64,000 bases of DNA from a virus (Duplodnaviria > Caudoviricetes), in IMG/VR virus record IMGVR_UViG_2867988698_000004, positions 32,001 to 96,000 of that record; one strand, given 5' to 3'. Positions 55,477 to 64,000 of this stretch are shown here, piece after piece. Below the pieces are notes generated by a model. That model was not told the DNA's origin, did not search any database, and saw only the letters and a program-made list of their open reading frames with translations. Position 1 is the stretch's first letter. Each line of letters begins with the position of its first letter. Position numbers and translations under genes: made by a program.

Positions 55477-56898
55477 TCAGGCTGCGGTGATCTTGGTTTC
55501 TGTGAAGGCCAGCAGCCCCTCGGGGCCGAGTTCGCGGCCGATGCCGGAGCGTTTGAATCCGCCGATGGGGGCGTGGATGCCGGTCGGGGCGCCGTTGATA
55601 CGGACGGTTCCTGTGCGCAGGCGTGCGGCGATCTGGCGGGCCCGGTCGGGATCGCCCCAGACAGAGCCGTCGAGACCGTAGGCGGTGCCGTTGGCGTATT
55701 CGATCGCCTGTTCGATCGTGGTGTAGGGGGTGAGGGCCAGGACGGGGGCGAACACCTCCGTCTGGAAGAGGCGGGATGCGGGGTGGACGTCGGTGAAGAG
55801 GGTCGGGGCCACGTACCAGCCGGGACGGAAGAGGGGCAGGCCGCCGACCTCCAGGCGGGCGCCGTCCTCGTGGGCGGCGTGGATGTGGCGGAGGGCCTGG
55901 TCGCGCTGGTGGCGGGTGACGAGCGGGCCGATGACCGTGGCGGGGTCGGTGGGGTCACCGACCGGCAGCGAGGCGAGCAGGTCGGTCAGCTGCCGGGTGG
56001 CCTGGGCGTAGTCGCTGGTGTGGACGAGGATGCGGGTCTGGTTCGAACAGATCTGCCCGCTGTTGGCGAGGCTGGCGTCCGGGACGGTGGCGACCGCGGC
56101 GGTGACATCGGCGCCGGGCAGCAGCAGCATCGCCGATTTGCCGCCGAGTTCCAGGGAGATGCGGCGGATCGAGGTCGCGGCGATGCGGGCCAGGTGCGCG
56201 CCGACCCGGGTGGAGCCGGTGAAGGCGATCTTGTCGACGTCCGGGTGGGCGGCGAGGTGTTCGGCGACCGTGTTGTCCGCGGGCACCACGGACAGGACCC
56301 CGGGCGGCAGGTTCAGGTGTTCGAACGCCTCCGCCAGGGCGAGCGCGTCCAGGGTGGTCTGCGGGGCGGGTTTGACGATGACGGTGCAGCCGGCGACGAG
56401 CGCCGGGATGACCTTCATCAGGATCGTCTTGTGCGGCATGTTCCACGGGGTGATCACCGCCAGGACGCCGGCGGGCTCGTGGGTGAGGGTGAAGCCGTCG
56501 CGGGGCTCGGGGTTCAGCGGCGTCAGGTTCCCCGGATCGCTGTAGTAGTCGATGATCTGGCGGGGATGCTCGGTCTGCGCGGTGAACGCGGCCGGGGAGC
56601 CCATCTCCGCGGTGATCAGCCGCGCGTAGTCCGGTGCCAGCTCGGCGTAGAGCCGGGCGAGGGGGGCGAGGGCGGCGGCCCGCTCGGCGGGGGTCATCCG
56701 CGGCCAGGGGCCGGTGTCGAACGCGGTCCGGGCGGCGTGGACGGCGCGGTCGATGTCGCGGGAGGTGGCGGCCGGGCAGGACCCGACCGGTTCCTCGGTG
56801 GCGGGGTTGATGACCGTGATGCGGCCCCCGCCGGTCGCGGGGGTCCAGGTCCCGCCGATGTAGAGGTGGTCGTAGGTGAGCGTGGGGGTGCTGGACAT
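55477..56898 (-). CDS. Aldehyde dehydrogenase
   Basis: ITPWN, FTGST, LELGGKS, NSGQIC, EVFAPV, GGFKRSGIGRE. Confidence 0.95.
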   Translation of the reverse strand: MSSTPTLTYDHLYIGGTWTPATGGGRITVINPATEEPVGSCPAATSRDIDRAVHAARTAFDTGPWPRMTPAERAAALAPLARLYAELAPDYARLITAEMGSPAAFTAQTEHPRQIIDYYSDPGNLTPLNPEPRDGFTLTHEPAGVLAVITPWNMPHKTILMKVIPALVAGCTVIVKPAPQTTLDALALAEAFEHLNLPPGVLSVVPADNTVAEHLAAHPDVDKIAFTGSTRVGAHLARIAATSIRRISLELGGKSAMLLLPGADVTAAVATVPDASLANSGQICSNQTRILVHTSDYAQATRQLTDLLASLPVGDPTDPATVIGPLVTRHQRDQALRHIHAAHEDGARLEVGGLPLFRPGWYVAPTLFTDVHPASRLFQTEVFAPVLALTPYTTIEQAIEYANGTAYGLDGSVWGDPDRARQIAARLRTGTVRINGAPTGIHAPIGGFKRSGIGRELGPEGLLAFTETKITAA

Positions 56899-57401
56899 CA
56901 GGCGACCGTCCAGCCCTGGTTGAAGGTGTCGGGGGCGTGCCGCTTGATCATGTTGCCGCGGTCGGCCAGCCGCTCGACCTCCTCGTCGTCCATCTCCAGC
57001 CGACGGCCGATCTCCTCCGGCGACAGGCCCTCGGCGAGGAGGTCCGCGACGATCTCGGCCATGCCGAGGACGTGGTGGGTGCCGCGAGCGCGGTTGTGGC
57101 GGATGGTGGCCATGCGGGCGGTCGCCGGATCGGTCGGCGGCAGGACGACGACGGGAACCTTTCCATCGGTGAGGGCGTAGACCTGGCGGTCCTCGCTGAC
57201 GGTCCAGCGGTGGTAGCCGTCCACGATCTCCAGCTCCCCGTCGATCTCCCGGGCGACGATCGGCTGAGTCCAGCCGTTTTCGAGAATGCTCGTCTTTAGC
57301 AGGCGGTGCTCAGGCGGCGCCTGCCGGTTGGGATTCCAGAGATTTTTGGACAGTAGCGTCCTGTCGATCCACTGGACGTTCCACAGGGGCTGGTTTTCCA
57401 C
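56898..57401 (-). CDS. ParB/Srx-like (IbrB-type) protein
   Basis: WNPNRQAPPE..LKTSILENGWTQPIV, IVDGYHRW, ATIRHNRARG; GTG start at 57401 inferred from domain extent. Confidence 0.85.
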   Translation of the reverse strand: MENQPLWNVQWIDRTLLSKNLWNPNRQAPPEHRLLKTSILENGWTQPIVAREIDGELEIVDGYHRWTVSEDRQVYALTDGKVPVVVLPPTDPATARMATIRHNRARGTHHVLGMAEIVADLLAEGLSPEEIGRRLEMDDEEVERLADRGNMIKRHAPDTFNQGWTVA

Positions 57402-57870
57402 GCCGGGTGAGGCGCGAAAGCTGGTCTGCGAGTTCGAGTTCTCGGTCACTGTAGGGAACCCACCATCCTGGTTTGCCGCCCTTCCGGAGGCGGCCCTGGT
57501 CGTCAAGACCCATCCGCCCGACGCGAATCTCACAGAACTCCTTGATGAGAGTCCAGTGTTCCCGCTTGGTGACCGCGTACGGGAGGAGGAGGGTAGCCAT
57601 CCGCAGCACGTAGCCGGTACGCGAGATGTTGTAGCCCCACATGTCCTTGTGGTGGGCCTTGCGCTCGCGCCAGGTGTACGCGGTGGCCGTGAGCCCCATC
57701 TCCCGAAGGATCTCCACGGTCTTCACGACGGTCGGTTCATGGGTCATCTGGATTTGCACCTGGGGCGCGATGACCTGGTTGACGTTTCCCGGCCTCCTAT
57801 ACCGGCTCACGCCAACCGACCCTTCACCGTCCCAGATACCCGCAAGCCAAGCCAATTCAGTCTCTTTCAT
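57310..57870 (-). CDS. Free-standing LAGLIDADG homing endonuclease
   Basis: ELAWLAGIWDGEGSV motif, LLPYAVTK; lower GC than its neighbours. Confidence 0.88.
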   Translation of the reverse strand: MKETELAWLAGIWDGEGSVGVSRYRRPGNVNQVIAPQVQIQMTHEPTVVKTVEILREMGLTATAYTWRERKAHHKDMWGYNISRTGYVLRMATLLLPYAVTKREHWTLIKEFCEIRVGRMGLDDQGRLRKGGKPGWWVPYSDRELELADQLSRLTRRGKPAPVERPVDRQDATVQKSLESQPAGAA

Positions 57871-57929
57871 GAGCGAAAGGCTAACTCATCACACAGGGAC
57901 CTATTTAGGCTTGGGCTGTGCGCTTAATC

Positions 57930-59336
57930 TCACTCGCGCATATCTGACTCCTTGATCTCGCTGGGGATGAGGGCGTACGGGTCGGCAGGAAGCGGCCGCG
58001 GGTGGCCCAGCTCTTGGCCGGTGCCGGCGGTGAGGATCTGCTCCAGCTCGGCGGCGTAGTTCCGCCAGAGCGTCGCCTTGTCGGCGTGCATGAGCTGGTT
58101 GGACTCCTGGCGGCGTTCCTTGAAGTCACCGCGCATCGCCAGCGTGAGCAGGAACCGCCAGCTCAGCCCCGTGACCGGATGCGGGGCCGTGGGCAGAATC
58201 GGGTGGGTGGTCTTGCGGTAGTGGCGGGCGATGACGTCGCGGATCCGCTCGGCGATCTTGGCCTGGGCCTTGCCGCCGTGCTTGGACAGGTAGTGGGTGA
58301 TGAAGTCCGGCCAGGTCACCCCCTCCGGCTTGGGGGGTTTCTTGCCGTAGCCGTACAGCTCGGTGCGGGCGTACCGGTACGCCGCGCCGATGCCGGGGAC
58401 GCGCTCGGCCATCCGCGCCCACACGTCGGGGAAGCACTGGGCGTAGACGTGGATCTTCTGCAGGGGCTCCTCACCGAACGCCGGAGAGCACCGCTGCGAG
58501 GAGGGGCCGATGCCGGCCATTTCCATGAGGTCGTAGGCGCGGTTGTAGTCCCAGCCGTGCACGCGGACGGCGGCCCAGACGTCCTCGGTCCGCCAGTCGT
58601 AGATCGGGTACGCCTTCCAGAGGTTCCCGCCGTTGAACGCCGCCGCCTGCTTGCCCTGGCTGGCCAGGTCGTACTTGACGATGTAGTTGTCGACGCTGCG
58701 GACCCGGACGGCGTGGGCGCGGATCAGGGACTCCTGCGCCCGGATGCCCATCAACATGGCCGTGGTGTGCGGGGGCGGGGCGAGCAGCCCGTTGGTGTTC
58801 GGGATGGTCAGCCGCTCCTCGGGCGGCCAGAGCGGAAACCCCGGGAGCGTGGTCAGGGCCTCCGGCGGCATCGGGCGGCACCACTTCGCCTCATCCTCCG
58901 GCGCCCACGGCCACCAGTACGGATACCGGCGCGAGCAGGCGTTGCGGTGCTGGACGGGCAGGCAGTACCACTCCAGGGCGACGTCATCGCGTTGGGAGAC
59001 GCGGCGGACGTACTCCTCCGTCTCCTGCGGGATCGCCTCCTCATCGAAGAACACGACCCGCAGCGGCAGATGCCGGCGTAGGTGCGGCTCCCGGTTGGCG
59101 ACCTCCAGGGCGATGTTCAGCACGGCGGTGGAGTCCTTGCCGCCGGAGAACGCGACAGCGACGCGGTCATGGGTGTCCATGACGTAGGCCATGCGTTCGC
59201 AGGCCAGCGTGTAGACGTCGGCTCCGGCGGCGATGCGCGGCCGGTTCTGCTTGGCGATGTAGCCGCGGACATGCTCGCCGTCGAGAGGCGTGCCCTCCGG
59301 CAGCCAGCCCTCGCGGGACGTGGTGGTGTCGGTCAT
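57930..59336 (-). CDS. IbrA-like PAPS-reductase/PP-loop protein, paralog C
   Basis: FSGGKDS, DEE, WYCLP..RNACS, GIRAQES, YPIYDW, YNRAYD. Confidence 0.88.
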   Translation of the reverse strand: MTDTTTSREGWLPEGTPLDGEHVRGYIAKQNRPRIAAGADVYTLACERMAYVMDTHDRVAVAFSGGKDSTAVLNIALEVANREPHLRRHLPLRVVFFDEEAIPQETEEYVRRVSQRDDVALEWYCLPVQHRNACSRRYPYWWPWAPEDEAKWCRPMPPEALTTLPGFPLWPPEERLTIPNTNGLLAPPPHTTAMLMGIRAQESLIRAHAVRVRSVDNYIVKYDLASQGKQAAAFNGGNLWKAYPIYDWRTEDVWAAVRVHGWDYNRAYDLMEMAGIGPSSQRCSPAFGEEPLQKIHVYAQCFPDVWARMAERVPGIGAAYRYARTELYGYGKKPPKPEGVTWPDFITHYLSKHGGKAQAKIAERIRDVIARHYRKTTHPILPTAPHPVTGLSWRFLLTLAMRGDFKERRQESNQLMHADKATLWRNYAAELEQILTAGTGQELGHPRPLPADPYALIPSEIKESDMRE

Positions 59337-60730
59337 GGTGCTTCCTGGCGGAGATGCGGAGGGATGAGGGCGTACGGGTCGGCGGGGAGCGGGCGAGGGT
59401 GGCCGAGTTCGGCCGGGGTGACGCCATCGGCGAGGACCTGGGCCAGCTCGGTGGCGTAGCGGTGCCAGTAGGTGACCTCGTCGTCATCGATGAGCTGGTT
59501 CCGCTCCTGGCGGCGTTTCTTGAAGTCCCCGCGCATCGCCAGCGTGAGCAGGAACCTCCAGCTCAGCCCCGTGACCGGATGCGGGGCCGTGGGCAGGATC
59601 GGCTGGGTGGTCTTGCGGTAGTGGCGGGCGATGGCGTCGCGGATCCGCTCGGCGATGGTGGGCTGCACCTTCGGGTCGTGTTTGGACAGGAAGTGCAGGA
59701 TGAAGTCCCGCCATGCCATCCCCGCCGGCTTGTTGGGGCGGCTGTTGAACCCGTACAGCTCCGTGCGGGCGTACCGGTATGCCGCGCCGATGCCGGGGAC
59801 GCGCTCGGCCATGCGCGCCCACACGTCGGGGAAGCATTCGGCGTAGACGTGGATCTTCTGCAGCGGCTCCTCACCGAACGCCGGGGAACACCGCTGCCCG
59901 GAGACTCCGACGCCGGCCATCTCCATCAGGTCGTAGGCGCGGTTGTAGTCCCAGCCGCGGACCCGTACGGCGGCCCACACGTCGGCGGTGAGCCAGTCGT
60001 AGATCGGGTAGGCCTTCCAGAGGTTGCCGTGATCGACGGCGGCGGCCTGCCGGCCCTGGGCGGCGACGTCGTACTTGACGATGTAGTTGTCGACGGCGCG
60101 GCGGCGGACCGCCATCGCTCGGATCCGGGACTCCTGCGCGCGGATCCCCATGAGCATCGCCGTCGTGTGCGGGGGCGGGGCGAGCAGCCCGTTGGTGTTC
60201 GGGATGGTCAGCCGCTCCTCGGGCGGCCAGAGCGGGAACCCGGGCAGCGTGGTCAGGGCCTCCGGCGGCAGCGGACGGCACCATCGCTCCTGGTCCTCCG
60301 GCGCCCAGGGCCACCAGTACGGATACCGGCGCGAGCAGGCGTTGCGGTGCTGCACCGGCAGGCAGTACCACTCCAGCGCGACGTCGGGACGCTGGGCGAT
60401 ACGGCGGACGTACTCCTCGGTCTCCTGCGGGATCGCCTCCTCATCGAAATGCACCACCCGCAGCGGCAGGTGCCGCTCGAAGCGGGGGTCGCTGTGGGCG
60501 ACCTCCAGCGCGACGTTCAGCACCGCGGTGGAGTCCTTGCCGCCGGAGAATGCCACGAACACCCGGTCGTGGGTGTCCATCACGTAGGCGGTCCGCTCAC
60601 AGGCGAGGGTGTAGACGTCCGAGCCGGCGGCGACGCGCGGCAGCGTGGCCTTCAGCTCGTAGGCGTCGTCATGCCGGTCGATCGGGGTGCCCTCCGGCAC
60701 CCAGCCGTCCGGCAGAGCAGCGTCGGTCAC
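59333..60730 (-). CDS. IbrA-like PAPS-reductase/PP-loop protein, paralog B
   Basis: Same motifs; ATGA/GTGA coupling. Confidence 0.88.
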   Translation of the reverse strand: MTDAALPDGWVPEGTPIDRHDDAYELKATLPRVAAGSDVYTLACERTAYVMDTHDRVFVAFSGGKDSTAVLNVALEVAHSDPRFERHLPLRVVHFDEEAIPQETEEYVRRIAQRPDVALEWYCLPVQHRNACSRRYPYWWPWAPEDQERWCRPLPPEALTTLPGFPLWPPEERLTIPNTNGLLAPPPHTTAMLMGIRAQESRIRAMAVRRRAVDNYIVKYDVAAQGRQAAAVDHGNLWKAYPIYDWLTADVWAAVRVRGWDYNRAYDLMEMAGVGVSGQRCSPAFGEEPLQKIHVYAECFPDVWARMAERVPGIGAAYRYARTELYGFNSRPNKPAGMAWRDFILHFLSKHDPKVQPTIAERIRDAIARHYRKTTQPILPTAPHPVTGLSWRFLLTLAMRGDFKKRRQERNQLIDDDEVTYWHRYATELAQVLADGVTPAELGHPRPLPADPYALIPPHLRQEAP

Positions 60731-62115
60731 GGGCGCTCCTGGTGGGCGTACTCGGCGGGGATGAGGGCGTACGGATCGGACGGCAGCGCGCGCGGGTGGC
60801 CCAGCTCCGCGCCGGTGCCGGCGGTGAGGATCTGCGCCAGCTCCTGGGTGTACTTGCGCCAGTACGCGGCGGCGGTGGCGTCCATGAGCTGGGTGACCTC
60901 CTGGCGGCGTTTCTTGAAGTCACCGCGCATCGCCAGGTTCAGCAGGAAGTTCCAGTTCAGCCCGGTCGCCGGATGTGGGGACTTGGGGAGGATCGGATGG
61001 GTCGTCTGCCGGTAGTGGCGGGCGATGGCCTCGCGGATCCGCTCGGCGATCTGGGGCTGCGCTCGCGGGTCGTGCTTGGACAGGTAGTGGGTGATGAAGT
61101 CCGGCCAGGTCATCCCGTCCGGCTTGGGCGGCTTGGCGAGGAACCCGTACAGCTCGGTGCGGGCGTAGCGGTAGGCGGCGCCGACACCGGGCACCCGCTC
61201 GGCCATCCGCGCCCACACGTCCGGGAAGCACTGGGCGTACATGTGGAGTTTCTGCAGCGGCTCCTCACCGACCGCCGGTGAGCAGCGCTGCTGGTAGGGG
61301 GTGACGCCGGCCATTTCCATGAGGTCGTAGGCGCGGTTGTAGTCCCAGCTGTGCACCCGGGCGGCGGCCCAGACGTCCTCGGTCCGCCAGTCGTAGATCG
61401 GGTATGCCTTCCAGATGTTGCCCTGGGCGGTCAGGCCCTCCCCGTAGGGGACGATGTAGTTGTCGATGGGGCGGCGGCGGACGGCCATCGCGCGGATCCG
61501 GGACTCTTGCGCGCGGATGCCCATGAGCATCGCCGTCGTGTGGGGCGGTGGGCAGAGCGGCCCGTTGAACTGCGGGATGGACATGCGCGCGGACGGCGGC
61601 CAGACCGGGAAGGCGGGGTGGCTGGTGATCGCCTCCGGCGGGAGCGGCCGGCACCATCGCTCCTGGTCCTCCGGCGCCCAGGGCCACCAGTACGGATGGC
61701 GGCGGGAGCAGGCGTTGCGGTGCTTGACCGGTAGGCAGTACCACTCCAGGGCGACGTCGGGTCGCTGGGCGACGCGGCGGACGTACTCCTCGGTCTCGAT
61801 GGGGATGGCCTCCTCATCGAAATGCACCACCCGCAGCGGCAGGTGCCGCTCGAAGCGGGGATCGCTGTGGGCGACCTGCAGGGCGATGTTCAGCACGGCG
61901 GTGGAGTCCTTGCCGCCGGAGAAGGAGACGGCGACCCGGTCGTGGTTGTCCATCACGTAGGCGATGCGCTCACACGCCAGGGTGTAGACGTCCGCGCTGG
62001 CGGCGACGCGGGGCCGGTTGTTCTTGGCGACGTAGCCGCGGACGTGTTCCTCGCCCTGGATGACGGTGCCCTCCGGCAGCCAGCCGTCCGGCAGGGCGCT
62101 GCTGGTGTCGGTCAT
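60727..62115 (-). CDS. IbrA-like PAPS-reductase/PP-loop protein, paralog A
   Basis: Same motifs. Confidence 0.88.
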   Translation of the reverse strand: MTDTSSALPDGWLPEGTVIQGEEHVRGYVAKNNRPRVAASADVYTLACERIAYVMDNHDRVAVSFSGGKDSTAVLNIALQVAHSDPRFERHLPLRVVHFDEEAIPIETEEYVRRVAQRPDVALEWYCLPVKHRNACSRRHPYWWPWAPEDQERWCRPLPPEAITSHPAFPVWPPSARMSIPQFNGPLCPPPHTTAMLMGIRAQESRIRAMAVRRRPIDNYIVPYGEGLTAQGNIWKAYPIYDWRTEDVWAAARVHSWDYNRAYDLMEMAGVTPYQQRCSPAVGEEPLQKLHMYAQCFPDVWARMAERVPGVGAAYRYARTELYGFLAKPPKPDGMTWPDFITHYLSKHDPRAQPQIAERIREAIARHYRQTTHPILPKSPHPATGLNWNFLLNLAMRGDFKKRRQEVTQLMDATAAAYWRKYTQELAQILTAGTGAELGHPRALPSDPYALIPAEYAHQERP

Positions 62116-62699
62116 GGGTGTTCCTGGCAGATCGTGTCCTCGGGGACGGGGGCGGCGTCGGGGTGGAACCGGCGGGACGCCAGGTACAGGCCGGTCGGAT
62201 GCCGGTGCTGCCAGAGCGGCAGTCCCCGCCGCCAGACGACGAGACTCCCGTCAACGTCGAGGACGAGCAGCGCCCAGGCGGCGGTGTCCGCATCGGCGAG
62301 GGCCGCCCGGAGCGCGTGCGGCCCGTCGAGCTGCCGGCGGTGGTGGGCGTACAGCTCCGCCAGGGCGACGCTGTCCGACGCCGCGTCGGGGGTGAGGGTC
62401 CGCCAGTTGCGGACGGTGCCGTTGTGGGCGAGCCAGTGCCCGCCGGCCGCGACCGGCTGCAGGCCGGTGCGGTCGCGGTAGTCGCCGGTGGTGGCCAGGC
62501 GGGCGTGGCCGATCACCGCGCGGTCGGTCAGATCGCGCACCGCCGCCGGCGGGAGGGGCCCGAACTCGTGGCGGGTGGTGCTGGCGCTGGTGGCCCAGCC
62601 GTGCCCGTGCGGCCCCCTGGAGGCGGCCGCGGTGGCGGCCGCCTCCAGCAGGTCCGGATCGGGCCTGGCGGGGCCGAGGTAGGCGAAGATCCCGCACAT
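62112..62699 (-). CDS. Class II (Ntn) glutamine amidotransferase, stand-alone
   Basis: MCGIF N-terminus, RGPH, GHARLAT, HNG, SDS. Confidence 0.88.
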   Translation of the reverse strand: MCGIFAYLGPARPDPDLLEAAATAAASRGPHGHGWATSASTTRHEFGPLPPAAVRDLTDRAVIGHARLATTGDYRDRTGLQPVAAGGHWLAHNGTVRNWRTLTPDAASDSVALAELYAHHRRQLDGPHALRAALADADTAAWALLVLDVDGSLVVWRRGLPLWQHRHPTGLYLASRRFHPDAAPVPEDTICQEHP

Positions 62700-63487
62700 C
62701 ACTGCCTGCCGGTGCGGCGCATCCAGTCCGCGGCCGCGGGCAGGTCGGGAGCGGCGGCGCGGATGACGTCGGGGTCGATCTCCCAGACCTCCTCGAACCC
62801 GTGATCGCGGTCGCGGGTCCACTGGCGGGCGGGCCAGGAGCCGGTGCCGACCTGGTAGCCGCGGGGCCAGTCGTAGCAGGGCGGCATCGGGAGCTGTTCG
62901 CGGTCGATGAGGGCGAAGACGGCCTCGTGCGGCCAGGCCGCGAGGGGGCTGTAGCGGGTGATGCCCTCCTTGTTGGTGTAGATGTGCTGGCCCTTGGGGC
63001 CGGTGTAGTTGCCGTCCGCAGTCCGGCGGCCGAGCAGCAGCAGATCGAGGTTGTTCTGCCGGTAGTAGCGGGCCTGGCCGCGGTGGTTGACGATGCTGAA
63101 CCAGCGGGTCCCGTAGGAGCCCTGGGGGAACAGCATCTCGGGGTGCTGGGCGAGCCAGGCGAGGTCCTGGCCGGTGTTGATGACGGTGAGGCCGCCCGGC
63201 ATGTGGTCGGTGACCCAGGTCAGGAACGCCGGGAACTCCAGGTTGGAGATCGCCAGGCAGCAGTCTTCGACGCCGGCGAGCTCAGCCACATGGCCGAGGG
63301 CGATGGAGTCCTTGCCGCCGGACCAGGCGTAGGCGGCCCGCTTGCCGCGGGTCTGCGCGCGGATCGCCTCGACGGTCTGGTCGATGAGCTGGTCCAGCCG
63401 CTCGTCCGGCCACTCGGCGCGGGCCTGGGCGCGTGCCCGCCGCCAGGTCTCGGAGTCGGGGAGGGTCTGCTTACGTGGAATCGCCAC
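62699..63487 (-). CDS. Short PP-loop/PAPS-reductase-family protein
   Basis: AWSGGKDS, LGRRTADGN, SPLAAW. Confidence 0.82.
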   Translation of the reverse strand: MAIPRKQTLPDSETWRRARAQARAEWPDERLDQLIDQTVEAIRAQTRGKRAAYAWSGGKDSIALGHVAELAGVEDCCLAISNLEFPAFLTWVTDHMPGGLTVINTGQDLAWLAQHPEMLFPQGSYGTRWFSIVNHRGQARYYRQNNLDLLLLGRRTADGNYTGPKGQHIYTNKEGITRYSPLAAWPHEAVFALIDREQLPMPPCYDWPRGYQVGTGSWPARQWTRDRDHGFEEVWEIDPDVIRAAAPDLPAAADWMRRTGRQ

Positions 63488-63502
63488 GAGCGTGGTCCCC
63501 GA

Positions 63503-63934
63503 TCAGGCGAACAGCGGGAGGTCGCTGACGGTGCCGGCCCAGTCGGTGAAGGACATCCGTTCCGGGGAGTCGACCGGCTTGTGGGGGGCGCCGATGGCCA
63601 GGAGCGTGTGCCCGGCCTCTCCGGCGCCGACCGCGTGCGGAACCTGGCCGGGCACCATGTAGATGTCGCCCGGCCGGACCTGGTAGGTGCGTTCGTCGAT
63701 GCTGATGGTGCCCTCCCCCTCCAGGCACAGCAGCAGGTGGTCGCCGGGGTGGACGTGGATGGGGAACCGGGCGTGCGGCGGGACCTTGAGCAGGTCGGCG
63801 CCGAGGTGGCCGTTGGTGTGCAGGGCCAGGCCGAGGGCGTCGGCGCCGTGTACCGGGACGCCCTGCTCGGCGACCGCCAGGGTGGCGGCGCGGAGGTTGA
63901 TGATCGACAGGTCGCTGCTGGTCTGGCGGGTCAC
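63503..63934 (-). CDS. Cupin-domain protein
   Basis: PIHVHPGDH..EGEG..PGD...VPHAV. Confidence 0.88.
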   Translation of the reverse strand: MTRQTSSDLSIINLRAATLAVAEQGVPVHGADALGLALHTNGHLGADLLKVPPHARFPIHVHPGDHLLLCLEGEGTISIDERTYQVRPGDIYMVPGQVPHAVGAGEAGHTLLAIGAPHKPVDSPERMSFTDWAGTVSDLPLFA

Positions 63935-64000
63935 TGGTTTTCCTCGCTGACGGTGGACAGGTACTGCTGGCAGATGTCGGTCAGGGCCTCGGCGGCGGTC
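63931..64000 (-). CDS. Partial CDS (3' end, ...TAAEALTDICQQYLSTVSEENQ)
   Basis: Open frame ending in a GTGA overlap with the cupin gene. Confidence 0.6.
   Translation of the reverse strand, partial: TAAEALTDICQQYLSTVSEENQ

Larger units (their letters stand above)
1..64000 (-). mobile_element. Actinobacterial siphovirus/prophage (head-tail module with accessory islands); ends not in window
   Basis: Terminase, portal, MuF/protease, capsid, tail and tape measure genes in canonical order on the minus strand; no integrase or att site seen. Confidence 0.93.

Noticed and set aside
57310-57930. Group I intron or intein carrying the LAGLIDADG ORF
   Set aside because: Only about 60 nt of non-coding flank, not in frame with a host gene, and no intein C/S...HN termini
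55477-64000. Canonical Dnd/Ssp or 7-deazaguanine (Dpd/Que) system
   Set aside because: No cysteine desulfurase, DndD/E, SspB/C, FolE, QueD, QueE or DpdA recognisable in the window
1-64000. tRNA, rRNA, integrase or att sites
   Set aside because: None recognisable by eye; the element boundaries lie outside the window

Overview
The whole window is a high-GC actinobacterial siphovirus/prophage segment, read mostly on the minus strand. From right to left it holds: a putative DNA-modification locus (cupin, PP-loop protein, class II glutamine amidotransferase, three tandem IbrA/PAPS-reductase paralogs, a LAGLIDADG endonuclease overlapping a ParB/IbrB gene, aldehyde dehydrogenase); small and large terminase; portal; a 1268-aa MuF/2H-phosphoesterase/protease fusion; two capsid proteins (hexamer/pentamer type, as in cluster-B-like actinophages); major tail protein, adaptor, tail terminator, neck, chaperones, tape measure and minor tail proteins; and three tandem tail-fibre/chaperone cassettes. 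Accessory islands split the structural module: two XRE-regulated enzyme cassettes, an HNH-helicase pair, a PIN protein and a pentapeptide-repeat protein. The strongest unexplained signals are (1) a roughly 20-nt leader motif, GCCGCTGGCCAGGGGCCGGG, in 8 copies, always 8-12 nt downstream of a TAnnnT -10 box and 21-25 nt upstream of a start codon; (2) the triplicated, mosaic IbrA-type modification locus; and (3) an XRE gene flanked by two copies of a 21-bp palindromic operator that point at two outward-facing enzyme operons. All product calls come from motifs and synteny read by eye; no database searches were run.
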